Shown: positions 16,927 through 25,032 of the stretch, one piece after another
How positions within the stretch are numbered: position 1 is the first letter of the stretch
Layout: every line of letters starts with the position of its first letter
Virus record (IMG/VR): IMGVR_UViG_3300017774_001562
Location: 1 to 52,351 of that record
Direction: 5' to 3' (one strand)
Length of the DNA: 52,351 nucleotides
Origin: a virus
Taxonomy: Duplodnaviria; Caudoviricetes
Translations under genes and position numbers: made by a program
The notes under the pieces: model-generated
The model's database searches: none
Told to the model about the DNA's origin: nothing
What the model saw: only the letters and a program-made list of their open reading frames with translations

Positions 16927-17976
16927 TCATACTACCTCACAACTTTCAATATATAGTGTCTTCATCAGGTTTTTGAGTTTATCTTTATTGACGGTTAACT
17001 CTACTTCATCAATATATTCATTAAGAAGAGTTAACGTATCTTTAACTTCAAGGTTTTCTTCGGTATCTTCAGTAGTATCGTTAACTAAAGTTTCTATAAT
17101 CTTTACATCATGAGGTTGTTGAGAAAAGATTGTATCAACAAATTTTTCAAATGCTAGATAATCTTTTTTACTATCTACTATAATCTTGACAAAAGAATTT
17201 TTACAGATACTGGTATCGAAGCTGAGATGAGAATCAGTAGAATCATTGTAATAGATTTTCTGGAAAATCTCATAAGGGTTCTTGACCCGCTTGAGTTTAT
17301 TTGTTTTTGGTTCATAGAGATGAAATCCTCGCTCGTCTTTATAATCATTCCAAAACATCTGATAAGGATTACCCAAGTAAGTGATATTACCTTTGGATGA
17401 TTTATGATGAAAGTGACCTGAAAATACTTGTTTAAATTTAGAGAAGATTTCTGGTTTCATACCACCTTCGTGTTTCATACCAGAATTTACTTCAAATCCA
17501 TCCAACTCCAAATGACCCATCACAATCTCAGCACCAGTATCTTCAAGATGCCTTAAGGCATCATCATGGTTGTTTGAGTTGATCCAAGGCAACATGAGAA
17601 TTTTAGTGCCGTCTATCATCACTGTCTCTGGTTCAGCATAGATCATGATGTTATTAAAATCTTTGAGTAGAAGCTCTGGTGAATTAATCTCATTTGTATT
17701 CTTATAATAGACACAATGATTACCAAGTATCATATGAACAACGATACCCATATCTTCAAGACGCTCAAAGTAGTTACGACGCACACGATTCCACACACTA
17801 AAATCAATGCCCTTGCGATTATCAAACGTATCCCCAAGATCAATGATTGTTTTGATGTTATGTTTTTCGAGAGTTGGAAAGAAAACATCATCATAAAACT
17901 TTTGGAAGTATTCCCAAAAATTGACACTACCTTTTCTTCCATCGAGATGCTGGTCGGTAATCAAAGCTACTGTCAT
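16927..17976 (-). CDS. gp47: Mre11/SbcD-like recombination endonuclease subunit
   Basis: TDQH, LGDTFD, GNH, MGHLE, SGHFH phosphoesterase motifs. Confidence 0.97.
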   Translation of the reverse strand: MTVALITDQHLDGRKGSVNFWEYFQKFYDDVFFPTLEKHNIKTIIDLGDTFDNRKGIDFSVWNRVRRNYFERLEDMGIVVHMILGNHCVYYKNTNEINSPELLLKDFNNIMIYAEPETVMIDGTKILMLPWINSNNHDDALRHLEDTGAEIVMGHLELDGFEVNSGMKHEGGMKPEIFSKFKQVFSGHFHHKSSKGNITYLGNPYQMFWNDYKDERGFHLYEPKTNKLKRVKNPYEIFQKIYYNDSTDSHLSFDTSICKNSFVKIIVDSKKDYLAFEKFVDTIFSQQPHDVKIIETLVNDTTEDTEENLEVKDTLTLLNEYIDEVELTVNKDKLKNLMKTLYIESCEVV

Positions 17977-18506
17977 CGTTTAGATCTCATTTCAAGAGTT
18001 TCCTTAATACTATTCATATCTGATGATATACCATTATATCCTATCATATCACCAGTGTGACTGTCCATATGTAAAACTTCATCAAACCCAGATCTTTCTA
18101 ATATCTTTGATTTGATTTCTAGTTGTTTCTTTTCTTTTGAAATACGACGCAAGAAAGCAAAGTAAATAATTTGTGTGAAATAAGCAAATGGATTAGTAGA
18201 TTTTCCTGGATCAAAGTTATGAATATATTGAAGACAATTTTCTATGCCATCACATATCATATCTTCTCTAAACATATAATTAACAAAGTTTGGTTTATAT
18301 GATAAATGAGTAGCAATCTTTAAAAAACACTCTCCAATATAATGAGGTACTCGTGGTTTACCTTCCCAATTCTTTGACCTATCTTGTTTGTCTGGATACC
18401 TGTCATTCTTTTCAAAGAAATCTTGCTCCACCATTTTACGATAGACCATTAAAGAATCTAAAAAATCTCTGTTGTTGACGTAGTTTTCAGTTTTTCTTTT
18501 TGCCAT
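17973..18506 (-). CDS. gp55: Late-transcription sigma factor
   Basis: YVNNRDF, KIATHLSYKPNFVNY, NPFAYFTQIIYFAFLRRI. Confidence 0.96.
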   Translation of the reverse strand: MAKRKTENYVNNRDFLDSLMVYRKMVEQDFFEKNDRYPDKQDRSKNWEGKPRVPHYIGECFLKIATHLSYKPNFVNYMFREDMICDGIENCLQYIHNFDPGKSTNPFAYFTQIIYFAFLRRISKEKKQLEIKSKILERSGFDEVLHMDSHTGDMIGYNGISSDMNSIKETLEMRSKR

Positions 18507-18527
18507 TTAAATTAATTCTTTACCTGT

Positions 18528-18556
18528 ATTGTAACATAGAATCATAAATTTATCAA
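18528..18556 (-). promoter_or_regulatory. sigma70-type promoter TTGATA-N17-TACAAT (extended -10) for gp55-47-46
   Basis: 17-nt spacer with TG before the -10. Confidence 0.75.
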
Positions 18557-18561
18557 GTGGC

Positions 18562-18590
18562 TTGACAGACCTAGCAAATTGCTGTATAAT
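18562..18590 (+). promoter_or_regulatory. Perfect consensus sigma70 promoter TTGACA-N17-TATAAT, antisense orientation
   Basis: ttgaca gacctagcaaattgctg tataat. Confidence 0.85.
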
Positions 18591-18615
18591 TAACGATGTG
18601 GAGTTTCAAAGGTGT

Positions 18616-19008
18616 TTAGCTTCTATTATAAAGATCTTCAAGTACTCTACGAGCTTCTTTGATTGATGCTAAATATCCTCTTTGATCCTTAACATCAACT
18701 TTCGTAGAGTAATCATTGTCATTTTCTTTTAACAAATATTTTATATAAAACTTTTCTATCTTAGAATCTAATTGAGTTATAGTAAGAATATGATCTTTTT
18801 TTATTATAAACATCTCATCATAAGTTGCCGATATCCAACTTTCAAAAGTAAAGCCTTTTGCGTTTCCACCTTTGCTTCTTAAGTCTATAGTATTTACTTT
18901 ACGAGGATTTTCAATTATTAATACATCTTCATCTGCATCGTAAGAAACTTTTGCTACTATCTCTTCACCTGACATTAATTTTATTGATGCATAAAATTCT
19001 TCTTCCAT
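18616..19008 (-). CDS. Conserved hypothetical Sm-like protein between uvsW and gp55
   Basis: FYASIKLMSGEEIVAKV...IENP...W; standard cyanomyovirus synteny. Confidence 0.8.
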   Translation of the reverse strand: MEEEFYASIKLMSGEEIVAKVSYDADEDVLIIENPRKVNTIDLRSKGGNAKGFTFESWISATYDEMFIIKKDHILTITQLDSKIEKFYIKYLLKENDNDYSTKVDVKDQRGYLASIKEARRVLEDLYNRS

Positions 19009-19010
19009 GA

Positions 19011-20474
19011 TTACCTTATGTTAATTTTTATAATTTCATACTTGAAGTTTTCTTCTTTATAAATGTTGATTCTTTCGTCTAAATGTTTTAACGTATAATT
19101 TTTATGAGGTTTTTCAGATATATCATCAGCAATATCATAAAGAGTAGCTATCTCTTTTCCTTCTCCTTTACGCAATACTCTACCAATAGACTGTAAATTT
19201 CTTACTCTTGACTTTGATGGAGAAGCAAATACAATATTGTGTAATCTTTTAATATTAATACCAGTGCTGAATGTGCCGTAAGAAGCAATAATAATAGCAT
19301 CAGTTTCTTGCTCTGTGATACTCCTAATTCTTTCTCTTTCCTCTGTATCCACTCCACCATAAACAAAGAAAACTTTTCTTTCTTTACTTACGCTACTATT
19401 TATCTTGTCATATAAAGGCATTCCATGACGCTCAACATAATTAAATAAGACTAATGTATTTCCTTTTAAATCTCTTACTAAATTTTTAATTAAATTATTA
19501 CGTTTTTGATTATCTATTAAATAATCAATTTCTTCTTGATAAGTAAAAAACATTTGTGATTCATGTTTTAATAAAAGAATTTTGATTTGAAACTCGGATA
19601 AATGTCCTTCTTTAATTAACTTATCTGTTTTTGTAACTTGTGCACAAGGACCAAATAATCCTTCAAGCACCCACTTGTGTGTAGCAGATCCATCAAGTGT
19701 ACCAGTAAAACCAAATCTATATTTTGCTTCGTGTAGTTTTGTCATAATACTAATTAAAGATTTTGATTTGAATAGGTGCGCCTCATCTCCTATTACGCAT
19801 TGAAAATCATCAAAATATCTTTTAGGAAATTTATAGATTGATTGCCATGTAGAAATAATTACTTCTTTATCTGTATTCTTATCTTTACCACCATATACTT
19901 TTTTACAATGCGCTTCTACATCCCAACCATAATCATCAAAGTCAGAATACATTTGCTCAACTAAAGATGTTGTCGGCACAATAATTAAAATACGTTTGTG
20001 ATTAGCAATATAATATCGCACCAAAGAATAAATCATTAATGACTTACCAGACGCTGTTGGGGATAACAAAAGTTTTCTATTATTTTTTAAAGCTTCGTAA
20101 ACTGCTTTATATTGATAGTCTCTTGGTTTATGTTTTACACAAATTTTATCCATAAAATATTTTACGCCTTCCAAAGATACTAATTCATCTTTTTCATCAA
20201 CGCTACCGTAAAATTTATTGTCTTCAAAACATAAATCATAATTTTTAAAAGATGCCCATTCTCTTAGATGATCTGCCAATCCACAATATAATTCTCCATT
20301 GCCAGGAGAATATAATCTTACTTTCCCATCCCACATTTTATTTCTGTAAAGTGGCATAAATTTAGCATTAGGAACATCAAACATAAAGTAGTCTGACAAT
20401 TCCATATGTATTCCAGGGTCTGCAGAAATTTGTAAAAAGACTTCGTTTTTCTTTTTAACTACAATTTTATCCAT
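19011..20474 (-). CDS. uvsW: SF2 RNA-DNA/DNA-DNA helicase UvsW
   Basis: PRDYQ, SPTASGKS, DEAH, QSIGRVLR. Confidence 0.97.
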   Translation of the reverse strand: MDKIVVKKKNEVFLQISADPGIHMELSDYFMFDVPNAKFMPLYRNKMWDGKVRLYSPGNGELYCGLADHLREWASFKNYDLCFEDNKFYGSVDEKDELVSLEGVKYFMDKICVKHKPRDYQYKAVYEALKNNRKLLLSPTASGKSLMIYSLVRYYIANHKRILIIVPTTSLVEQMYSDFDDYGWDVEAHCKKVYGGKDKNTDKEVIISTWQSIYKFPKRYFDDFQCVIGDEAHLFKSKSLISIMTKLHEAKYRFGFTGTLDGSATHKWVLEGLFGPCAQVTKTDKLIKEGHLSEFQIKILLLKHESQMFFTYQEEIDYLIDNQKRNNLIKNLVRDLKGNTLVLFNYVERHGMPLYDKINSSVSKERKVFFVYGGVDTEERERIRSITEQETDAIIIASYGTFSTGINIKRLHNIVFASPSKSRVRNLQSIGRVLRKGEGKEIATLYDIADDISEKPHKNYTLKHLDERINIYKEENFKYEIIKINIR

Positions 20475-20947
20475 TAGTTACCGTTGATGAATTTTTCCCA
20501 TTCGATGGCATTTTTGATTTGAAAAGACCTGTTTGATATCATTTTAAGAATATTATCTAAGAAGAATAAAGCTTTGTTGATAAACTCAATTTTCATTTCT
20601 ATAATAATTAAATCTTCATCTGCCTCTAGATAAACTCTCATTTTCTCTGATGTCTTAATAGATTGTCCAAAAGGTTTTTCTTTGTATATCTCTGGGTCTG
20701 CTTCTCCTTGATAGTATTCTCGTTTTTCTTTTAACTTTATACGATACTGAAATTCCATTGCCGTTTTTTCTGTTGAGAAATCTGTATAAAAATTTAAGTA
20801 TTTGTTGTGTTGATATGGAATATCTAAAGAAATCTGTGCTAGGTCTGCTGAGTATTGTTTGTTTTTAAATTCAAAGTCTATGTGTGAGTCTGTTTCCCAT
20901 TCTGATTTAACATGATTAAAAAGTGTTTTCAAATGATCAAATTTCAT
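20474..20947 (-). CDS. uvsY: Recombination mediator UvsY
   Basis: SLDIPYQHNKY, YYQG, RSFQIKNAIEW. Confidence 0.9.
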   Translation of the reverse strand: MKFDHLKTLFNHVKSEWETDSHIDFEFKNKQYSADLAQISLDIPYQHNKYLNFYTDFSTEKTAMEFQYRIKLKEKREYYQGEADPEIYKEKPFGQSIKTSEKMRVYLEADEDLIIIEMKIEFINKALFFLDNILKMISNRSFQIKNAIEWEKFINGN

Positions 20948-21459
20948 ATTTTTATATTACGTTTATTTCTAATTTCAAAAGAAGTATATTTAAATGATGC
21001 TTCAGCAGTAAAATATTCTACATCTGTATCAGATACATCAAATCTAACATCAGATAAAGATATTGGAAAAAGATTTTCATAAGAAACATATGCAGCAATA
21101 TTAAAATTACTTGTTGTGATTTCTAATCTTCCTCCAGAATATTCTGCTTCTGAATTACTATGCTCTTCGTATAACCCATTTTTCTTAATCCAATTTTGAA
21201 TAGTCATATAATTTTTTAATTCTTCATCGATAATAAATGTTAAATTTAAATCACCAGTTTGTATTCCTCCAGAAGCGGCGATAGGAAAACTTCTAAACCT
21301 TGTTGGCACTTCAGTATATGGTAATGTTATGTCAGGAATATTTGCTCGTTGACAGAAAAAATCTACGCCTGCAAATAAATCTAATTCCATTTTAAATCCT
21401 ACTGGAGCAAGAAAATTTCTATTTTTAGGTTGCTCCGAATACCACTTAGTCTGTCCCAT
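20944..21459 (-). CDS. gp3: Tail tube terminator / tail completion protein
   Basis: NRNFLAPVGF, FFCQRANIP, FIIDEELKNY, FPISLS. Confidence 0.9.
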   Translation of the reverse strand: MGQTKWYSEQPKNRNFLAPVGFKMELDLFAGVDFFCQRANIPDITLPYTEVPTRFRSFPIAASGGIQTGDLNLTFIIDEELKNYMTIQNWIKKNGLYEEHSNSEAEYSGGRLEITTSNFNIAAYVSYENLFPISLSDVRFDVSDTDVEYFTAEASFKYTSFEIRNKRNIKI

Positions 21460-21472
21460 AATCTTTTATTAT

Positions 21473-21479
21473 TATTTAT
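21473..21479 (-). promoter_or_regulatory. Late promoter ATAAATA for gp3
   Basis: Lies between the gp23 terminator and the gp3 start. Confidence 0.75.
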
Positions 21480-21485
21480 TCGCAT

Positions 21486-21513
21486 AAAAAAAGACCCCCT
21501 TTCGGGAGTCTTT
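21486..21513 (-). terminator. Intrinsic terminator after gp23
   Basis: AAAGACTCCC GAAA GGGGGTCTTT followed by a T run. Confidence 0.9.
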
Positions 21514-21530
21514 GAAACCAACAAACTGAA

Positions 21531-22922
21531 TCAGTTAATGTTGGTGATTTGTACTCTTCTGTAGTACTGGTTTGAATTTGCATTCATTGTCTCGCCTGTA
21601 GGAGCAGATCCAAAAGCACCGTCAACGGTAACGAATGGGTTAGCAACCATGCCATAGCGAGTCTTGAATCCGATCTTAGGCTGGAAGGTGTCCTGACCGA
21701 TACTACGCACCATCTGAAGGGGCACGTAAGGGCAATAGAATAAACCAGCGTCATAAGGTGAAGTGCCCTTGTAACCCATCACGTAGTAGTGCTTAGAGGC
21801 ATTACTTTGAGTATATGAAGGACCACCGAATGGATCGATGTATACTTTAACACGACCGTTGAGTGTGCCAGCAAATACGTTTCCAGTGTCATCAACATTC
21901 ATTGAAGTGCTGAGAGCAGGAGCGTAATCTAAAGCGCCAGTTAGGTTAAGAGCTGAAGCAACGTCTGCTGAGCAGATGATGAAGTTGCCTTTTCCTCTAC
22001 GTGTTTCTTGAGCGATAGCATTAGCATCGCGATCAATTTGGAATAAAAGACCTTTGAATTTCTCTGCCATCCAACGACCGTTGGAATCAACATCGAGATC
22101 AAATACACCAGGAGTTGCAACGTTGTGCTGAGCACCTTTCTTAGCAACGAAATAAACGGTGCGAATAATTTCGCGGTTAATTTCGGCAAGAATCTCTGAA
22201 GAGAGAATGTTAGCAAGCTCTTGCTCAGCATCAAGACCATGAATTGCCTTGAGGTCTTGTGCAAGCTCAAGGGTGTATTCTGCCTTGAGTGCTCTTGATT
22301 TTGCAGTAACCGAAGTCTTTTCGATACTGAATGCCATCTCGCGGAAGAGAGCTCCAGATTCGCCAAGTCCTTCAGACTGAGCACGAGTTAACTTAGATCC
22401 GAGCTCATATGTGCCAGGGCTAGAATCATTAAGAACTGCAGGGTTGTTACCCTCCATGTCTCCACCAGTGCCAGCCTGGTTACGCACACTGTAAGCGCCT
22501 TGGGAAGCATCTGATCCACCAGAGAAACCTGCATCAGGCTCGTTGTAGAATGCTTCTTCGCCTCCTTGATTCTCATACTTCGCTTTCATAGCGAAGATAA
22601 GTCCAGTAGGACCACTCATTGGTTGTACGCCACAGATATCATATGCAACGAGGTTAGGCATTGCTCTGCGGATTAAGCTAATAAGCACAGGATCAAAACC
22701 AGCGATAGCGCCAGTACCTGATGCAGCACCTGTCATGTTTGTTGCGCCTGCAAAGTTTACGCCAACCTCATTGAGGATGCCGCGCTCTTCACGCATGAAT
22801 TTTTCTTGATTTTCTAAAAGGACAGCGGTAACAGCTTTTCTGTGTCTATCAGCAATCTCTGAGACTCCTGAATGATTGAGAACAGGTGCCCACTTTTCCT
22901 GTAACATTTCTGCGTTAAACAT
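21531..22922 (-). CDS. gp23: Major capsid protein
   Basis: EKWAPVL, LIRRAMPNLVAYDICGVQPM, SRALKAEYTLELAQDLKAIHG, FQPKIGFKTRYG. Confidence 0.99.
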   Translation of the reverse strand: MFNAEMLQEKWAPVLNHSGVSEIADRHRKAVTAVLLENQEKFMREERGILNEVGVNFAGATNMTGAASGTGAIAGFDPVLISLIRRAMPNLVAYDICGVQPMSGPTGLIFAMKAKYENQGGEEAFYNEPDAGFSGGSDASQGAYSVRNQAGTGGDMEGNNPAVLNDSSPGTYELGSKLTRAQSEGLGESGALFREMAFSIEKTSVTAKSRALKAEYTLELAQDLKAIHGLDAEQELANILSSEILAEINREIIRTVYFVAKKGAQHNVATPGVFDLDVDSNGRWMAEKFKGLLFQIDRDANAIAQETRRGKGNFIICSADVASALNLTGALDYAPALSTSMNVDDTGNVFAGTLNGRVKVYIDPFGGPSYTQSNASKHYYVMGYKGTSPYDAGLFYCPYVPLQMVRSIGQDTFQPKIGFKTRYGMVANPFVTVDGAFGSAPTGETMNANSNQYYRRVQITNIN

Positions 22923-22976
22923 TTTAAACTCCTATTGGATGTTTGGAAAAAATTGGGTTGATAATAATATTATAAT

Positions 22977-22984
22977 TATTTATA
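22977..22984 (-). promoter_or_regulatory. Late promoter TATAAATA for gp23
   Basis: Exact T4 late consensus in the intergenic gap. Confidence 0.85.
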
Positions 22985-22993
22985 TTATCAGTG

Positions 22994-24124
22994 TTATGAC
23001 CAGCGAGCAATGGCAGACATGTAGGACTGCATTGAAGGTGACAGGTCTTGACCTTCACCATCTACTGGGGTTTCGTCTACTATTTCTTTAGTAACAGATT
23101 TAGGGAAATATGATTCCTTGAGAGTTGAAAGTTTTTTAACAAAATTTTCTTCAGAAACAAACTCAATGCCTTCTGCTAACGAAGCTAGTTTTTCTTTTTG
23201 TGTATCAGCAAGACCTTCAGAAATTTGATTTAAAATTACAGTTTTGCTAGATCCAGAAAGACGATTATGTAATTCAATATTGCGCTCAAGCTGTTCGGTC
23301 AGGCGCTCCTCCATTTCACAAAGTTCGGTATTCAATGATTCGACAACATCTACTTTGTCATCAGGAATATCGAGATAGTTATCTTCAAAAACTGATTTAA
23401 GACCTCTCATAAAGTTCTCAGCAATTTCTAGCTTGAGACCTGTATCGATGGCAACTACATTTTCTTCTACCCAATTTTGAATAGCGTAGTTGAGGACTTC
23501 ATCTACTTTTCCAGAAAGAGAAACTTTAATGGTTTCTACTTCTTCGGAAAGTCTGGTTGTGTATTGCTCTTGGATTGAATTTACTTGCTCTGCAATTTTT
23601 GATTTAACTGCAGCTTCAAAGATTGTTTTTGCTTTTTCTTTGAATGTTTCTGAAATTACTTCTCCTTCTACAAGAGCTTCGATGTCATCATCAGATGAAT
23701 AATCGATTTCTTCCATACCAAATACTTTGGTATTGTTAGGTCCACCTGGAATTTGATAACCCGATGATTTCATAGAAGGCATTGGATCTTGATGAGTGTC
23801 ACGAGTTACATGACCATCAGCAACTTTTTTGTTGTGTGATGCTGCCTTAGCACCAGGGTTGCTTTCTCCTTCTGGTTTTTCAAAAGTAGATCCACCATCA
23901 TCTTCTGTTGATTGACCAGGCACAACTGAAGTTGGCACGGTTGGCATTGGATCTTTTCCGTTTGAAGCATTAGCATTTACTGCTGTACTTGATTGACCTG
24001 TTACTGGTTTCATGTAACCGCTAGCGGTTGCATTACCAGGTACAACAGAGCTTCCAACTGATGGCATCGGATCACCAGTTTCAGCAATAAATTCCCCAAA
24101 CTTTTCGTTTAACATATCGGACAT
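22994..24124 (-). CDS. gp22: Prohead core scaffold protein
   Basis: FKEKAKTIFEAAV, QKEKLASLAE, LKESYF; between gp21 and gp23. Confidence 0.93.
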   Translation of the reverse strand: MSDMLNEKFGEFIAETGDPMPSVGSSVVPGNATASGYMKPVTGQSSTAVNANASNGKDPMPTVPTSVVPGQSTEDDGGSTFEKPEGESNPGAKAASHNKKVADGHVTRDTHQDPMPSMKSSGYQIPGGPNNTKVFGMEEIDYSSDDDIEALVEGEVISETFKEKAKTIFEAAVKSKIAEQVNSIQEQYTTRLSEEVETIKVSLSGKVDEVLNYAIQNWVEENVVAIDTGLKLEIAENFMRGLKSVFEDNYLDIPDDKVDVVESLNTELCEMEERLTEQLERNIELHNRLSGSSKTVILNQISEGLADTQKEKLASLAEGIEFVSEENFVKKLSTLKESYFPKSVTKEIVDETPVDGEGQDLSPSMQSYMSAIARWS

Positions 24125-24164
24125 CTTTGGCTTCCCCTATACAGGTATACGATTATTCTACAAT

Positions 24165-24171
24165 TATTTAT
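24165..24171 (-). promoter_or_regulatory. Late promoter ATAAATA for gp22
   Basis: Motif in the intergenic gap. Confidence 0.75.
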
Positions 24172-24176
24172 TAATT

Positions 24177-24821
24177 TTATAAATTAAACATAAAGTCTTT
24201 AAAGACTTTTAGTGATTTTTCTTCTATATTTTTTTTAGAAGATTCAGAAATGTACTTCTTATATTTAGCAACTTTTGCTTCCTTTAACAAACCATTATCC
24301 CAAATCCATTCTTTTCCTTCCATAATTCCATTCACAAATGCATCAGGTGCGGAAGGATCTGCTACAATATCAGCGGCAGTTGCGAGCATAAAATCGTCAC
24401 GCACATAACTAGCACCATTTCTTTCTTCCATAGATCCCATACCTCTAGACGAAACACCTAATTTAACACCAGACTCTAAAAGAGACTTAGCAATACTGCC
24501 CATGGGTGTTGATAAAATTTGTGCTTTGCCAATAAAATTACTACCTTCGGATCTAAGAGAAATAATTTTATGAGAAACTCTATCTAAATTTACTGTAGGA
24601 CCATCTGGATGTCCTAATTCACCAAGAGCACGACCAGCAGTAACATAATGCTCGTTATATCTACTTACTTCTCGCTCTAGTATATCGAAAGGATATACAC
24701 GGCCATTACGATTTTTGATATCTCCTTGAAGAAATACTCCTTCAATATAAAGATTTTTAACGCCGTTTTTTTCTTCTACTAATACTTCTATATCTTCAAT
24801 ACTTTCTGTGATTAGTTTCAT
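24177..24821 (-). CDS. gp21: Prohead protease
   Basis: KNRNGRVY, ALGELGHP, GVSSRG, DIVADPSAPDA. Confidence 0.97.
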   Translation of the reverse strand: MKLITESIEDIEVLVEEKNGVKNLYIEGVFLQGDIKNRNGRVYPFDILEREVSRYNEHYVTAGRALGELGHPDGPTVNLDRVSHKIISLRSEGSNFIGKAQILSTPMGSIAKSLLESGVKLGVSSRGMGSMEERNGASYVRDDFMLATAADIVADPSAPDAFVNGIMEGKEWIWDNGLLKEAKVAKYKKYISESSKKNIEEKSLKVFKDFMFNL

Positions 24822-25012
24822 TCTTCGTTACCTTCTTCTGGAGTTTCATTATCTAATTCTTCTCCAGCAGAAGCGAAGAAAGATTGTGCTAAAATTTCTT
24901 TGTAAGATTTCATAGCATCTGATGCTTTTGAATATAAATGATCGTTGATTTTATCCATTGCATCTAGTTTGTTTCCAGAAGCAATAGCATTAACAATATC
25001 AATAGTTTCCAT
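24818..25012 (-). CDS. Small acidic prohead core protein (gp67/gp68 position)
   Basis: 64 aa between gp20 and gp21; ATAAATA at 25034-25040 upstream. Confidence 0.75.
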   Translation of the reverse strand: METIDIVNAIASGNKLDAMDKINDHLYSKASDAMKSYKEILAQSFFASAGEELDNETPEEGNEE

Positions 25013-25032
25013 ATGATTTAACCATTAAATAA

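Noticed and set aside
21941-22576. +1-frame ORFs inside gp23 (similar ones in hsp20 and at 35669-35857)
   Set aside because: No local codon shift relative to the host gene; explained by CTT/ATT/GTT preference in highly expressed genes. They show the background rate for +1 ORFs.
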